The notes under the pieces were generated by a model. That model worked only from the letters and a program-made list of their open reading frames with translations, was not told the DNA's origin and did not search any database. DNA of 64,000 nt from Lama glama (lineage: Eukaryota). Each line of letters opens with the position of its first letter. The first letter of the stretch is position 1. Positions 1 through 14,297 of this stretch are shown piece by piece. The position numbers and the translations under genes are program-made. The stretch covers positions 34,598,001-34,662,000 of the forward strand of contig CM052817.1 of assembly GCA_028534125.1 (NCBI GenBank), given 5' to 3'.

Positions 1-779
1 AGAAAGGCAAGAGGGATAGTTACCTGGGTTTCCAAAGTCAGGGAAAGGATTTACGGAGCAGAATAACCTTATAAACAAATTTTCAACAAATCACCCTGTT
101 TTTAGTCCCACCCTCACTCTTATTTGCAGAAGTAAAGAATACATTCAACTCCTGAACATTTTAGAGGCCCTACAGTAACACAAAGTTTGTTTCTGAACAT
201 TCCCACAGTGGGCCTGGGATTCTAGGATCTACAAGACAGTTACCACACTTCCTTTGGCTTTTCAGGATCCAAAATTTTGTTGCAATTATTTCCTCTCCCA
301 TTCTCTTTGCTCGTTCAGAAAAATCCTTTAGCTTTAATACAGTTTCGAGAGAAAATGGAAGTTAACTGTATTTTTTGCCATCTTTAATCAAACTTTTTCA
401 TTCTCACTTCATCAGTTTTAATCAGGCTTTCATCCTCACCAACTCCCACTGAGACTGCTCACTCTTTTTTTGGAGGGTGGGGGAAGGATGTAGAGAAAAC
501 CAGCACTTTTGTATATTTATTGCTGATGACACTGAGAAAGTCAGCTAGCAGTACCTGCCAGAACTTATAGTACACATACTGCTCACTCTTTACTACAGTT
601 ATCAATGACATTCATGCTGACTAACAGCTGCTTTACTCTACTCTCAGTAACGTGGGATATAAATGACTATTTATGCATTTATTACTTTTCTTTTCCTGGC
701 TTCTGTGACAGAACACTTTCCTACTTTTCTATCCATCTCACTAGCTGCTCCTTCTCTGATTAGTACTGGTATGTCCTTG

Positions 780-3700
780 AGGAATGGCCTGGCAGCCAAT
801 AAGACTGAAAGCCACCCTCACCTACCAAAGCAAACACAGTAGTCAGCCCCATCACATCAGAAAAGCCACAAAGGGGACACTACTAGAATATATGGCTCTG
901 GTGACCAGACGCAAGTGTGCTACTGGGCCCCACAGGACTTCTAAATAAGGTGACTTCTCCAAGACTGGGAAACATAACTGACATACATAGTATATAAAAA
1001 TAAACACAGAAAATCAGAAAATCAGGCAAAATGAGGAGATAGGGGAGTATGTTCTAAACTACAGAACAAGAAAAAAAGGCAGAAAAAGAGCTAAGTTTAA
1101 CTAGAGATAAGCAATCTCCCTGATAAAGAGTTCAAGGTAATGACCATAAAAAATGTTCAAAGAACTCAGAAGAATGAACAAAGGCAGAAGTTTAACAAAG
1201 AGTTAGAAAATATAGAGAAGAATCAAAAAGAGTTGAAGAACACAAAAACTGAAATAAGAAATACTGCAGAAGAAACCAACAGTAAATTAGATGATACAGA
1301 GAAATAGATCACTGAACTGGAAGACAGAGTAGTGGAAATCATCCAAGCTAAAGAGAAGAAGAATTTTTTTTTTAAATGAGATGCCTTAAGACACCTTTAG
1401 AACATCAAGCATACTAACATTCAAATTATAGGAGTCCAAGAAAGGTGAGAGACAGAGGAAGCGGCAGAGAACTTATCTGAAAAAATAAACCTGAAAACTT
1501 CCCTAACCTGGGAAAGATCCATGTCCTGGCTGAGAAAGCACAAAGAGTTCCAAACAAGATCAACTCAAAAAAGTCCACATCAAGAAACACTGTAACTAAA
1601 ATGGCAAAAATTAAAGATACAGAATCTTAAAAAAAAAAAAAAAAAGCAAGAGAAAGCAACTAGTTAAGTACAAGGGAGCTCTCAGCAGACATTTTGAAGG
1701 CCAGAGGGGGGTTTCAAGATATATTCAAAGTGATGAAAGGAAAAACCTACAACCAAAAGTAGTAAACTTGACAAGGCTATCTTTCAGATTTCAAGGAAAG
1801 ATAAAGGGTTTTACAGACAAGCAAAAGTTAAAAGAGTTCAGCACCACTAAACTGGCTTTACAAGAAATGTTAAAGGAAAGTCTCTAAGTGGAAAAGAAGA
1901 CCATAACCAGAAATACAAAAACTCCAAAAAAAACCTCACTGGTAAAGGAAAACATACAGTAAAGGTAGTAGCTAGGAGGAAGATTAAAAAGCAAAAGTAG
2001 TAAAATCATCTACATCCACAAAAAGTAGTTAAGGAACATACAAAACAAAAAGATGTAAAATATGTTGTCAAAACCATTAAACACTGTGGGGGTGGCAAGT
2101 AAAAATGCAGGTTTGTTACACTGCATTCAAACCAACTTAAAATAATCTCATACACACACACAAAGTTATATGTAAATCTCATGGTAACCAATACTCAAAA
2201 ATCTTTAATAGATACATACACAAAGAAAAGAAAGGAATTCAAACAAATGTAACATTAGAGATAGAAATCAAATCACAAACGAAGTGAGCAGCAGAAGAAA
2301 GGAACAACCAAAAAAAAAAAAAAACCAAAGCAAAAAATAAAAAAATAAAAAACCTAGAAAAACAACCAGAAAACACTTAATGAAGTGGCCAGAAGTACAT
2401 ATCCATCAATAATTACTTTAAAAGTAAATGAACTAAATGCTCCAATCAAAAAACACAAAGTGGCCAAATGGATTAAAAAAAAAAAAAAGGCCCAAACTTA
2501 CGCTGCCTACAAAAGACTCATTTCAGATCTAAGACATACAAAGAATGAAAGTGAGGAGAGGGAAAATGCTATTCGATACAAACAGAAACAAAAAGAAAGC
2601 TGGGGTATCAACACTTATATCAGACAAAATAGAGTTTAAAATAAAGACTTAACAGGAGAAAAAGGACATTACATAATGATAAAAAGATCAATCCAAGAAA
2701 AAAAATAACAATTGTAAATATATACACACCCAACACAGAAGCACTTAAATACATAAGACAAATACTAACAAATATAAAGGGAGAAATTAACAGTAACACA
2801 ACAGTAGGAGACTTTAACAGCCCACTTACATCAATGAACAGATCATCCAAACCCAACATCAGTAAGGAAATACTGGCTTAAAACAACACTTTAGATCAGA
2901 TGAACTTAATAGACATATGAAGGATATTCCATTCAGAAGTTGCAGAATACATTCTTTTCAAGTGTACATGGAACATTCTGCAGGATAGATCACATGCTAG
3001 GCCACAAAATAAGTTTCAATAAATTTATGAAGACTGAAATCATATCAAGCATCTTTTCAGACCACAATAGTATGAGACTACAAATCAACTATGAGAAAAA
3101 AATGCAAAAAACACAAAGATGTAGAGTCTAAACAATATGCTACTAAACTACCAACAGGTCACTGAAGAAATCAAAGAGAAAATTTTAAAAATACCTACAG
3201 TATAATACAAAAGAAAATGGAAACACAATGATCCAAAATCTATGGGATGCAGCAAAATCAGTTGCAAGAGGGAAGTTTATAGTGATACAAGTGTACCTCG
3301 GGAAACAAGAAAAATCTCAATCTAACATCTAATCTCCCAAAGGAACTAGAAAAAGAAGAACAAAGAAAACTCCAAGTTAGTAGAAGGAAAGAAATAAGAA
3401 CTCAGAGTAGAAACAAAGGAAATAAAGTCTAAAAAACAACACAAAAGACCAATAAAACAAAGATCTGGTTTTCTGAAAAGATAAACAAAACTGATAAACC
3501 TGTAGCCAGATTCATCAAGGAAAAAAAAAGAGAGAGAGAGAGAGACCCCCAAATAAAATCATAAGTAAAAAAGGGGAAGTTATAAATAACACCACAAAAA
3601 TACAAAGGATCATAAGAGATTATAACAACTATACACCAATAAAATGAATGACTTAAAAGAAATGGACAAGTTCCTAGAAACATACAATCTCCCAAGACTG

Positions 3701-4010
3701 AATCAGGAAGAAACAGAAAATTTGAAAAGACTGATTATCAGTAATGAAATTGAATCGGTAATTTTAAAAACTCACAACAAAAAGAAGTCCAGGAGAAGAC
3801 AGCTTCTACAAGCGAATTCTACTAACCACTTAAATAAGTGTTAATATCTATCCTTCTCAAACTATTTCAAAAAACTGAAGAGGAAGGAATACTTCTGAAC
3901 TCATTCTATGAAGCCAGCATCACCCTGATAATAAAACAAGACAAAGACACCACAAAAAGAGAAAATTACAGGCTAAAATCACTGATGAAAATAGAAGCAA
4001 AATCCTCAGC
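780..4010 (+). mobile_element. Decayed LINE-1, 3'-truncated: 5'UTR remnant, ORF1, inter-ORF, ORF2 endonuclease to start of RT
   Basis: ORF2-like peptides [64 protein letters not shown], with many frameshifts. Confidence 0.92.
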
Positions 4011-4136
4011 AGGAAAAAATTTTAAATAAAACATTACTCAGATTAGTGTGTCAAAATAGTTTATGGATTGTTTTATATATTTTTTCAGGGAATGTGTCAT
4101 TTCAAAGTATATCCCAAGATACAACCCTTTCATTAC

Positions 4137-4228
4137 CTTTTGTATTTTTTGGATCTTTTGAACTGATTCTTCAGAAAACTATAGGTTCAATGTATCCTTC
4201 TGTATGGCTGACCATCAGTCTCAGAATT
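4137..4228 (-). other. CLOCK: CLOCK 5'UTR exon 3 (92 nt)
   Basis: tttcttgtttaaacag|AATTCTGAGACT...CTGAAGAATCAGTTCAAAAGATCCAAAAAATACAAAAG|gtaatg. Matches the recalled human CLOCK 5'UTR. Confidence 0.88.
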
Positions 4229-4419
4229 CTGTTTAAACAAGAAAAACAAATTGTTAGATTTATTCAACTTACATAGCCATTTATCATGAAAAAGGTTTTA
4301 AAATAATTTTGAAACATAACAAAATTTAGAACTTCATCACAAAAATGCATGTAACAAACGCTAAACTCTAAAATTGTTTCTAAAAGAAAATAACTTAAAA
4401 AGTAAACTACAACAATCAT

Positions 4420-6868
4420 AATTCTTACTACAGAAGCTAAAAGAAAGTATAAAGATAAGTGTAACCTTAAAAATATGTTAATAAATACACAATATAAAAA
4501 GATGTAATTTGTGACAGAGAAAACCAAGTGTGGTGGGGGAGAGAAGTAAAAGAATAGAGTTTTTTGAGTTAAGTTGTTACCAGCTCAAAACAGACCATTA
4601 CAACTACATAATGTTTTATGTAGACCCATGATAAGCACAGAGAAAACACCTTCAGAGGATACACAAAAGGAAATGAGAAAGGAACCAAAGCATGTCACTA
4701 TTAAAAAAAAATCAGTGAAACATAAAGGAAAATAAGAGAAAAAAAGTGACAAAAAGTCAAAAACAGTGAACAAAAAAGACAATAGTAACTCCTTCCCTCT
4801 CAGTAATGAATTTAAATGCAAATGAATTAAAGTTACCAATCAAAAGACAAACTAGGTAAATGGATTTAAAAATAAGATTCAACTATATGTTATACACAAC
4901 AGACTCACGTTAGATTTAAGGACACACACAGACTGAAAGTAGAAGACAAGAAAGATAACCCATGCAAATGATAACCAAGGGAGCAAGAGTGGCCACACCT
5001 GTATCAGACAAAATAGACTAAGTCATAAACTGTCACAAGAGAGAAAAAGGACATTATATAATAATGAAAGGGTCAAATTAATCAGGGAGATATTGCAATT
5101 ATAAATACATACACAACCAACATCAAAGCACTCAAAATATTTGTAGCAAACATTGACAGAACTGAACTGAGAAAGAGATAGCAACACAGTATTAGCAGAT
5201 TTCAATACCCCAGTTTCAACAACGGACAGAACCTCAGACAGAGATCAATAAAGAAACAGATGGCCTGAACTGTAGACCAATGGACTTAAAATATTCCACC
5301 CAAAAGCACCAGAATACACGTTCTTCTCAAATGCACATGGAACATTCTCCAGGATAGATCATGTTAGGTCACAAAACAAGTCTTAACAAATTTAAGATTG
5401 AAATCCTATCAAGTATCTTTTCTGACCACAATAGAATGAAACTAGAAATCAGTAGTACAAGGTAAACTGGAAAATTCACAAACATGGCAATTAAACACAC
5501 TCTTGAAAAATCAACAGGTCAAAGAAGAAATTACAAAATGTCTTGAGACAAACAAAAACATTACACATCAAAGCTTATGGGATGCAGCAAAAACAGTACT
5601 AGGAGGGAAGTTTACAGTGGTAACTACTACATTAAAAAAGAAGAGAGATCTCAAATAAAGATCCCAACTTTACATCTCAAGGAACTAGAAAAAGAACAAA
5701 CTAAGCCCCAAACTAGCAGAAAGAAGGAAATAATAAAGATTAAAGAAGAAACAAAATAGAGAATTAAAAAAAATTTTAAAAATGAAAGTTTTTAGCAGAG
5801 AACAAGAATAGGAAACATTGCAAGCAATACCACAGAAATACAAAGGATCATAATAAACTACCACGAACAATTAAGCACCAACAAATGAGGTAATCTAGAG
5901 GAATAAATCCCTAGATACATACAACCTATCAAGACTGAATCATAAAGAAATAGAAAATCTGAACATACAAGTAACTAATAAGGATATATGAATCAGTAAT
6001 CAAAAACCTCCCAACAAAGAAAAGCCCAGGGCCAAATATTCAACTGGAGAATTCTACCAAACATTTAAAGAATTAACACCAATCCTTCTCAAGCTTTTCC
6101 AAAAAACTGAGGAGAAAGGAATACCTCCAAAGTCATTTTATGAAGCCAACATTACCTTGAGACAAAGCCAGACAGACCCACAAGCGAACATCCCTGATAA
6201 ATACAGATGCAAAAATTCTCAACAAAATATTAACAAATCAAATATAATAGCACATCAAAGAATCACACACCATGATCAAGCGGAATTTATCCCTGGGACA
6301 CGATGGCTTGCCATACAAAAATCAGCTAATGTGATAAACCACATGATAAAAATCATATGATTACCTCACAATTAATGTAGAAAAAGCATTTGACATAAAT
6401 CAACACCCTTTTAAACAAATGAGGAACAGACGGAAATTTTCTCAAGATAATAAAAGCCATTTATGAAAAGCTCTACAGCTAGTATCACACTCAAGAGTGA
6501 AAAACTGGAAGTTTTTCCTCTAAGATGAGGAACCAGATAGGGATTTCCACTCTCACTACTTCTATTCAACACCATACTGCAAGTCCTGGCTAGAACAATT
6601 ACGCAAAAAGTAAAAGGCATTCAAATTGGAAAGTTAGAAGAAAAATTATCTCTGTTCACAGAGGTCATGATCTTATATGTAACACAGTCTACAAAAAAGT
6701 TACAGCTAATAAACATCAAAGTAACAGGACACAAAATCAACATACAAAAATCAGTTGCATTTTTATACACTAACAACAAACACTGAAAAGGAAATTAACA
6801 ATGCCACTTAAAATAGCATCAAAAGAATAAAACACTTAGGAATAAACTTAACCAAAAAGGCAAAATTT
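4420..6868 (+). mobile_element. Decayed LINE-1: inter-ORF and ORF2 fragment, internally deleted and 3'-truncated
   Basis: Endonuclease and RT motifs in DNA (acatggaacattctccaggatagatcat, gaaaaagcatttgaca, ccactctcactacttctattcaac). Confidence 0.9.
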
Positions 6869-7949
6869 TTGGTTTGGAAAGAACTTCAAAACCTATCAAT
6901 TTTAATTAGAAATGTTCTTTCATTAACAAGGAAATCAGGAATTTTCTTACTATTTTACATTGCAGAAGTGGGATATCACTGTAACATTCTTATTTTTAAC
7001 ATTCTTCTAAATCATGAGCTCCTTCAAAGCAGGAATTATACTTTACTTATTCATCTATTACTAGGACTTGTCAAAATATCTGGCAAATACTAAAAACTCA
7101 ACAAGCATTGTGAATAATGAATTAACCAAGATCAACCCAACCTTGCCACATCAAAGTTAATACAAAACTTTACACTCAAAAGTTTGCTTCTGACACATCC
7201 AATGTCGATTCTAATTAAAAAAAAGAAAAAAACAGGAATATATTGTATATGTAATATGACAGCAACAAAAAGGGTTTTTTTTTTTATGGCAACAACAAAA
7301 TCCTTGGAGATTGAAGGAGTCCGATAAAAACAATAGGTCTAAGTCAAAAACACCAGAGAAACAGGACTGAATTCCTAAACTACGCATGAAGTAAAATTCA
7401 GAAACCAGATTCTAGTGTCCTACTTGCTTTTAAGTACTTTGGGATAGGGTTATTTAGTCAGAATTGAAGCATTTAACAAACTCACCATGCTGGAGAAGGA
7501 TTAAGTATAGAAATTAAGATCAGGAGTTTAGAGTCAGAAAAGCACGGGAGAAAATCTTTGGACAATTTACTTATTATCCTAAGCCTCAGAATTCTTACCT
7601 AATGCAGTTGTTGTGAAGCACCAAAGGATAAAATCCACAAGGATACCAATTATTAACAAAATAAACACAAATGGCATTTCCCTCTTTAAAAACCAAAATT
7701 AAATACTTGAACATTTGCAGTACGAAAACAGGTTATTTTTAACAAATAAGGGTTTCCAAAAGATACGCATTAAAAAGTTAAAACCCAGCCAAAAAGAAAA
7801 GAAAAGTACAACTAAATAAGCCATGAAGAAAACAGATCATTAATAAATGTAAAAATTATTCCTGCCTAGAAATCAAAGAAATTCAAGTTAAAACATACTA
7901 TAGTTAAATATTAGTGATTCCTTAAAAATTCCACTTCATATATTATCAC

Positions 7950-9250
7950 TTAGCAAGTATTTACTGAGCACCAACACAAGTGACTAATACTATACTGACT
8001 GTAGTTTTCAAATAGTGAAATAGATCAGCCACTACTTTTGAGGCACTTCCCAGAGAAGGCACAAAGTGCTCTGTGGATACACTAGGAGTGACAGAGAAGT
8101 TAAGGAAGTCTCCTGGAGAAGTAATACCTCAGCTGAGATCTAAAGGATAAATAAGAGTTCACCAGGCAAAGAGACAGATAAATTTGATCTATGCCAGAAG
8201 AACAGTGTATGCAAAAGTCTGGAGACATAAGAAGACCTGTGCGTCTAGAGTACTATAAGTGGTTAAGTATTAATAGAGCAAAAACCTAAGGACAGGGGTA
8301 GGGTAACAAATGAGAATGAGGTGAGCAGATCATGAAAAGTCACACAAAGGGACCCTCCCCCTACCCATGAAGACATTGAAAGGTTTTAAGCAGGGAAATG
8401 GCATTAATAGGTCTGTTCTTTTGAACTATCATTCTGGATACAATATAGAGAATGGAACTGAAGGAGGCAGGACTAGAATTAGGGATTAGTAGGAGTATTA
8501 TAATGGTTCAGGTAACAGATATAGAGGCAGAGGTTACAGAAAGAAATACAGAAATTTTAATAGATACTAAGATGATTAGACAGAATTTGGTGACTGATGA
8601 ACAGAAGTCGGAGGCAAGGAGCAGTCAACAGTATTACTCAAATTTTGGTTTGGACACATGTGTCAGTTAGATAGGTAACATAGGAGGAATAAATTAGAGG
8701 GGAGTGGGAAGGAATGATGTTGAAAGCAGTAGCTGACATTTTTTGAACATTTACTATGTGCCAGGCATTCTTCAAAGTTTTCTCTCATTTAAGACTCAAA
8801 AATCATATTCACCTCTATTATTATGTCCATTTCACAGATGAGGAAAATGAAATACAAAGAGAAGAGGTAAACTGTCCAAGTTCAGCAGTAAACCTGAGAT
8901 ACAAATCCTGACAGCTTAGCTTGAACTATGCTTTTAATCACTCTGTTACAGATACTTCAGAAATACTTTCAATGATGGATTCAGTTTTAGACATGTTGTG
9001 TTTAAGATATCTATGGGACATGCAAGAAAAGTGTCCAATAGGCAGTGGGAAGTGTGGGTTTTGGCATTCAGGAAAGAACTGGGTGAAGATGTAAATGAGA
9101 GCCATCAACTCAAACATGTAAATTAAAAATAATGATTAGATGGGCTTTTCTAGAAAGAACATACAAAATGAGAAAAAAAAGGCTAAGACTGAAATCAGGT
9201 GAAAAATTAGTTATCTTAGAGACAGGTAGAAAATTAGCTAGTAAAATGGG
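7950..9250 (-). mobile_element. L2 remnant with a nested MIR (~8730-8950)
   Basis: L2 3'-end complement caagtatttactgagcacc; MIR core ccatttcacagatgaggaaaatga. Confidence 0.65.
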
Positions 9251-9289
9251 AAGGAGGCAGAGCAAAGAATTTAAAGAAATGGGCTCTAC

Positions 9290-11432
9290 TGAACAGACTG
9301 ATCACTAAAAATGAAATAGAATCAGCAAAAAACAAAACAAAACAACAACAAAAAAAACCCTCCCTGCAAACAAAAGTCCAGAACCAGATGGCTTCACTGA
9401 GGAATTCCACCAAACAACAAAAGGGCAAAAATCACATGATCATCTCAATAAATGCAGAAAAGCATTTCATAAAGTTCAATACCCATTTATGATAAAAACT
9501 CTTACCAAGATGGGTACAGAGAGAACATATCTCAACATAACAAAAGCTATTTATGACAAACTCACAGCCAGCATAATACTCAATGCTGAAAAACTGAAAG
9601 CCGTTCCACGAAAATCTGGAACAAGACAAGGATGCCCACTCTCACCACTTCTATTCAACATAGTCTTGGAAGTCCTAGCCACAGCAATCAGAAAAAGAAA
9701 TAAAACGGATTCAAATTAGAAGAGAAGAGGTAAAATTGTCACTATATGTGGATGACATGATACTATATAGAGAAAACCCTAAAGGCTTCACACAAAAACT
9801 ACTAGAGTTGATTAAAAAGTTCAGCAAGGTTGCAGAATACAAGATTACAGAAATCAGTTGCTACACTAACAATGAAATATCAGAAAAAGAAGAGTACAGA
9901 AACAATCCCTATTAAAATCATATCCAAAACAATAAAATACTTAGGAATAAATCTGACCAAGGAGTTGAAAGACTTACACACAGAGAACTACAAAAATTGA
10001 TTACGGAAATTAAAGATGACTTAAAGAAATGGAAAGATATCCTATGTTCTTGGATTGAAAGAATCAATATTGTTAAAATGGTCGTACTGCCCAAGGCAAT
10101 CTACAGATTTAATATGATCCCTATCAAATTATCCATGACATTTTTCACAGAACTAGAACAAACCATCCTAAAATTTATATGGAATCACAAAAGACCCAGA
10201 ATTGCCAAAACAACACTGAAGAAAAAGAACAAAGCTGAAGGAATAACCCTCCCAGACTTCAGACAATACTACAGAGCTACAGTAATAAAAACAGTATGGT
10301 ATTGGCACAAATGAGACATATGGATCAATGGAACAGAACACAGAGCCCAAAAAATAAACTCACAGATCTACAGTCAATTAATCTTTGACAAAAGAGGCAA
10401 GAATACAGAACAGAGAAAACACAAGTCCTTTCAGCAAGTAGTGCTGGGAAAACTGGACAGCGGCATGTAAATCAATGAAGTTAGAATACTCCCTCACACC
10501 ATACACAAAAATAAACTCAAAATGGGTTAAAGATTTAAATATAAGCAAGATACTGTAAATCTCTTAGAAGAAAGCATACACAAAACGTCCTCTGACATAA
10601 ATCTTAGCAATTTTCTAAGGCAGTCTACCGAGGCAATAGAAATAAAAGCAAAAATTAACAATGGAACCTAATTAAACTTACAAGCTTTTGCACAGCAAAG
10701 GAAATCATAAGCAAAACAAAAAGACAACCTATGGAATGAGAGAAAATATTTGCAAAAGATGAGACTGGCAAGGGCTTAATTTCTGGAATATATAAACAGC
10801 TCATACAATTTAATAAGAAAAAAGCAAAGAACCAAACCAAAAACAGGCAGAAAACCTAAACAAGCAATTCTCCAATGAAGACATACAAATTGCCAATAGG
10901 CACATAAAAAAAAATGCTCAATACTGCTATGTAAATCAAAACTACAATGAGGTTAATTAACATCTCACAGTCAGAATGGCCATCATTCAAAAGTCCACAA
11001 ATGATAAATGCCGGAGAGAGTGTGGAGAAAAGGGAATCATCCTACACTGCTGGTGGGAATGTAGTCTGGTGCAGCCATTATGGAAAACAGTATAGAGATT
11101 TTTCAATAAACTAAAAACAGACTTACCATATGATCCAGCAATCCCACTTTTGGGCATATATCCAGAGGAAACTCTAATTTGAAAAGATACATGCAGCACC
11201 CCAATGTTCACAGCAGCACTATTTACAACAGCCAAGACATGGAACCAATCTAAATGTCCATCGACAGATTACTGTCTGTGGTGTATTTACACAATGGACT
11301 ACTACTCAGCAATAAAAAAGAATAAAATAATGCCATTGTAGCAACGTGGATGGACCTGGAGATCGTCATTCCAAATGAAGTAAGCCAGAAAGAGAAAGAA
11401 AAATACCATGTATCACTCATATGTGGAATCGA

Positions 11433-11472
<40 letters not shown>

Positions 11473-11495
11473 GAAAGAAAGAGAGAGACAGAGAG

Positions 11496-11561
<66 letters not shown>

Positions 11562-11945
11562 GAGAAAAAGAGAAAGAGAAAGAGAAAGAAGAAAAGGAAA
11601 GGAAACGGAAAAACAGAGGACACTAACGAACTCATCTACAGAACAGAAACAGACTCGCAGACATAGTAAACAATTTTATGGTTACTGGGGGGAAGGTTTT
11701 GGGTAGGGATAAATTTGGGAGTTTGAGATTTGCAAATGTTAACCCCTATATACAAAAATAAATACAAAACAAATATATCTGTATAGCACAGGGAACTGGA
11801 TTCAATATCTTGTAATAACCTTTAATGAAAAAGAATATGAAAACGAATTTATGTATACATACACATGACTGGGACATTAAACTGCACAGCAGAAATTTCA
11901 CACTGTAACTGACTATACTTCAATTAAAAAAAAAAAGAAGAAAAC
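9290..11945 (+). mobile_element. Comparatively young 5'-truncated LINE-1: ORF2 3' half, 3'UTR and poly(A)
   Basis: [22 protein letters not shown] and [18 protein letters not shown]...[24 protein letters not shown]-tail at ~11925-11957. Confidence 0.94.
11431..11605 (+). repeat. Compound (GAAA)n/(GA)n microsatellite inside the L1 3'UTR
   Basis: Directly visible tandem GAAA runs. Confidence 0.97.
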
Positions 11946-13539
11946 CAAAAAAAAAAGTAAATTAGGACTCTCTTTCTGAAAAAAAAGTTTGATAAGAAGT
12001 ATCATTAACTTGAAATACTTATGTTCTTTGGCCTAGTAATTTTACTTAAACAAAAAAGGAAATAATCAGAGATGTATCCAAAGTTTTATATTCATTACAT
12101 TGTTATTTAAAATAGTAAAGCTAGAAAGATTTAAACATCCAATAGCAGTAATAGGGGCATCAAAATACATCAAACATAAATCCAAATATGCCAAAGTATC
12201 AACTCTTGTTATTCCTGAGTAATAATACGAATTTTTTTTCCTTTTTTACTTTTTCTTTAGTACTTTCTAAAATTTCTCCCATAAGCATGTATTATTTTTG
12301 TAATCAGAAAAACTTAACTGCTGCCTTTTTAATTTTTGGTTGTTTTCCATTGTCCAATACAGAGCCCTGGCTATGCAAAAGAACATAAAATACATGTTAT
12401 CCACTCCAGAGAGCAAGACATGAATAACAAAGAAACATGTTACTGCTACAAAACATGAGTAAGAGGCTATTTTCCTATGTATTTCACATAATTTAAAGAA
12501 AATAACTTTTCATTTAATCTAATCATTACTAATTTTAAAACTATTAAAAAGTTAACTCAAGAACCTGGGTTTAAAAAATGGAAATTAAATAAATCCTTTT
12601 CTAATCTAATAACCTATTGACCCACTGACCTACTTCGGAATTTAGGTTAGTTAAATCTGATATCACAGGTATTTCTGGGACTGATGGATCTAATAACATT
12701 AACTAAAAGTCGTGCTGAAATTGACCAGTATAATACAAAATCCAAGCAACAATCCTTAACTACATTCATCACCATTTATGAAAAATTCAAATGTACTTCT
12801 GCAGATTACTGTTTGTATTACAGTTAAGAAGATAATTATTTCTAAGAGAACAATTTCAACTTGTAAAGAAAGACTGAAATATCTTTAAAATTAATTAATG
12901 TAGGAGTAAAGGTGAAATTTAACAGCAGTTCTCAATTCAGTAGTGAATGGGAACATTAGCCCTCCTCTATAATGGATATAAAATATTAGCATGATGAAAA
13001 ACACTCAAGACTCTACAACAATTTCTAAGAACATGAATTAAAAATTGACAGTAAGAACAAGAAACACACCCCAAATCAAAGTCTCATGAACCAGACCTCT
13101 TACAACCAAAGAAGATTGTTTCAAGACAAACATTAAATGCTAATAAATTCTAGCCTGTCAAATGTTTAGACGTGAGGTATTTTTGAAGCCTTATTAAGTA
13201 AACAAAAACAAAGATTAATAAGCTCTCTCAGTGGCACACAAGATTATTTCAATGATTCAACTAATGTATTTCTTCAAATAATGTCTGAGCTCCCTCTTCA
13301 TGTAATGGACTGATCTGGTCCACACAATACATGAGTACCATAATCCTTTCTTGAGATGAGACTGAGGGCTGAGCCTGTCCTCAGCCTCAAATGAGCCCTA
13401 CAGAAGATCTGAAGGTGCAAGGACAGCCCAAGCCTAGGTCTCAGCATGAACTACACACTGAACCAGGTACCATAACCCTGAATCTGTACACTCTGCACCA
13501 GGCCTCACACTAGTATCCACAGCAAGAGAAAGGCAGCCC

Positions 13540-14037
13540 TGTGGCAGGCAAAATACTGGCCCTACTTAAAGGACCACGCCCTAACCCCTGAAACCTGCAC
13601 TATGTTACCTTATACGGCAAAAATGAACTATGCAGATGTGATGAAGTTTAAAGGTTTTGAGATGGTAGATTATCCTGGATTATCTAGATGGTCCAAAGGA
13701 ATCACATGAGTCTTTAAAAGCAGAGGGTCTTTCCTGGCTGTGGTCGAGAGAGCTGTGAGACAGAACAGTCAGAGACATGCTGTGTTGCTGGTTTTGAAGG
13801 TGAAAGAAGGTAGCCACAAGCCAAGGAATATGGGCAGCCTCTAGAAGCTTGAAAACACAAGGAAACATTTTCTTCTGAAGCCTCCAGAAAGGAATGCAGC
13901 TCTACTGACACCCCGCTTTTAGCTCAGTGAGATGCATGTGGAACTACTGAGCTGCAGGACTCTAAGATAATAAATTTGTATTGTTTTAAGCCATTAAATT
14001 TGTGGTACTTTTATGGCAGCAAAAGAAATTTAATACA
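13540..14037 (+). mobile_element. MaLR solo LTR, MLT1D-like
   Basis: TG...CA termini (tgtggcaggc...taataca), internal aataaatttgtattgttttaagcca, ~500 bp. Confidence 0.85.
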
Positions 14038-14113
14038 GGTCCAAAATCTCTGACTGCTCTTGATAAATCTGCCTTCCTCAAACCCTCTCTCCATCCACAT
14101 TTAAAATAATCTG

Positions 14114-14297
14114 AGGGCGGAGGGTGTAGCTCAGTGGTAGAGCACATGCTTAGCATGTACAAGGGCCTGGGTTCAATTCCCAGTGCCTCCTCTAAACATA
14201 CATAAATAATACATAAATAATATAATATAACATAAATACATAAATAAACCTAACTACCTGCCCCACAAAATAAAAAAAAATTATATAAAAAATAAAG
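14114..14297 (+). mobile_element. tRNA-Ala-derived SINE (camelid Vic-1-like)
   Basis: A box tagctcagtggtagagc, B box gggttcaattccc, AT-rich tail; TSD TAAAATAATCTG at 14102-14113 and 14298-14309. Confidence 0.88.

Noticed and set aside
2385..10350. ORFs resembling endonuclease and reverse transcriptase
   Set aside because: Fragmented L1 ORF2 remnants with stops and frameshifts; no intact element.
11350..11706. Lys/Glu/Arg-rich and Phe/Leu/Ser-rich ORFs
   Set aside because: Translations of the (GAAA)n microsatellite.
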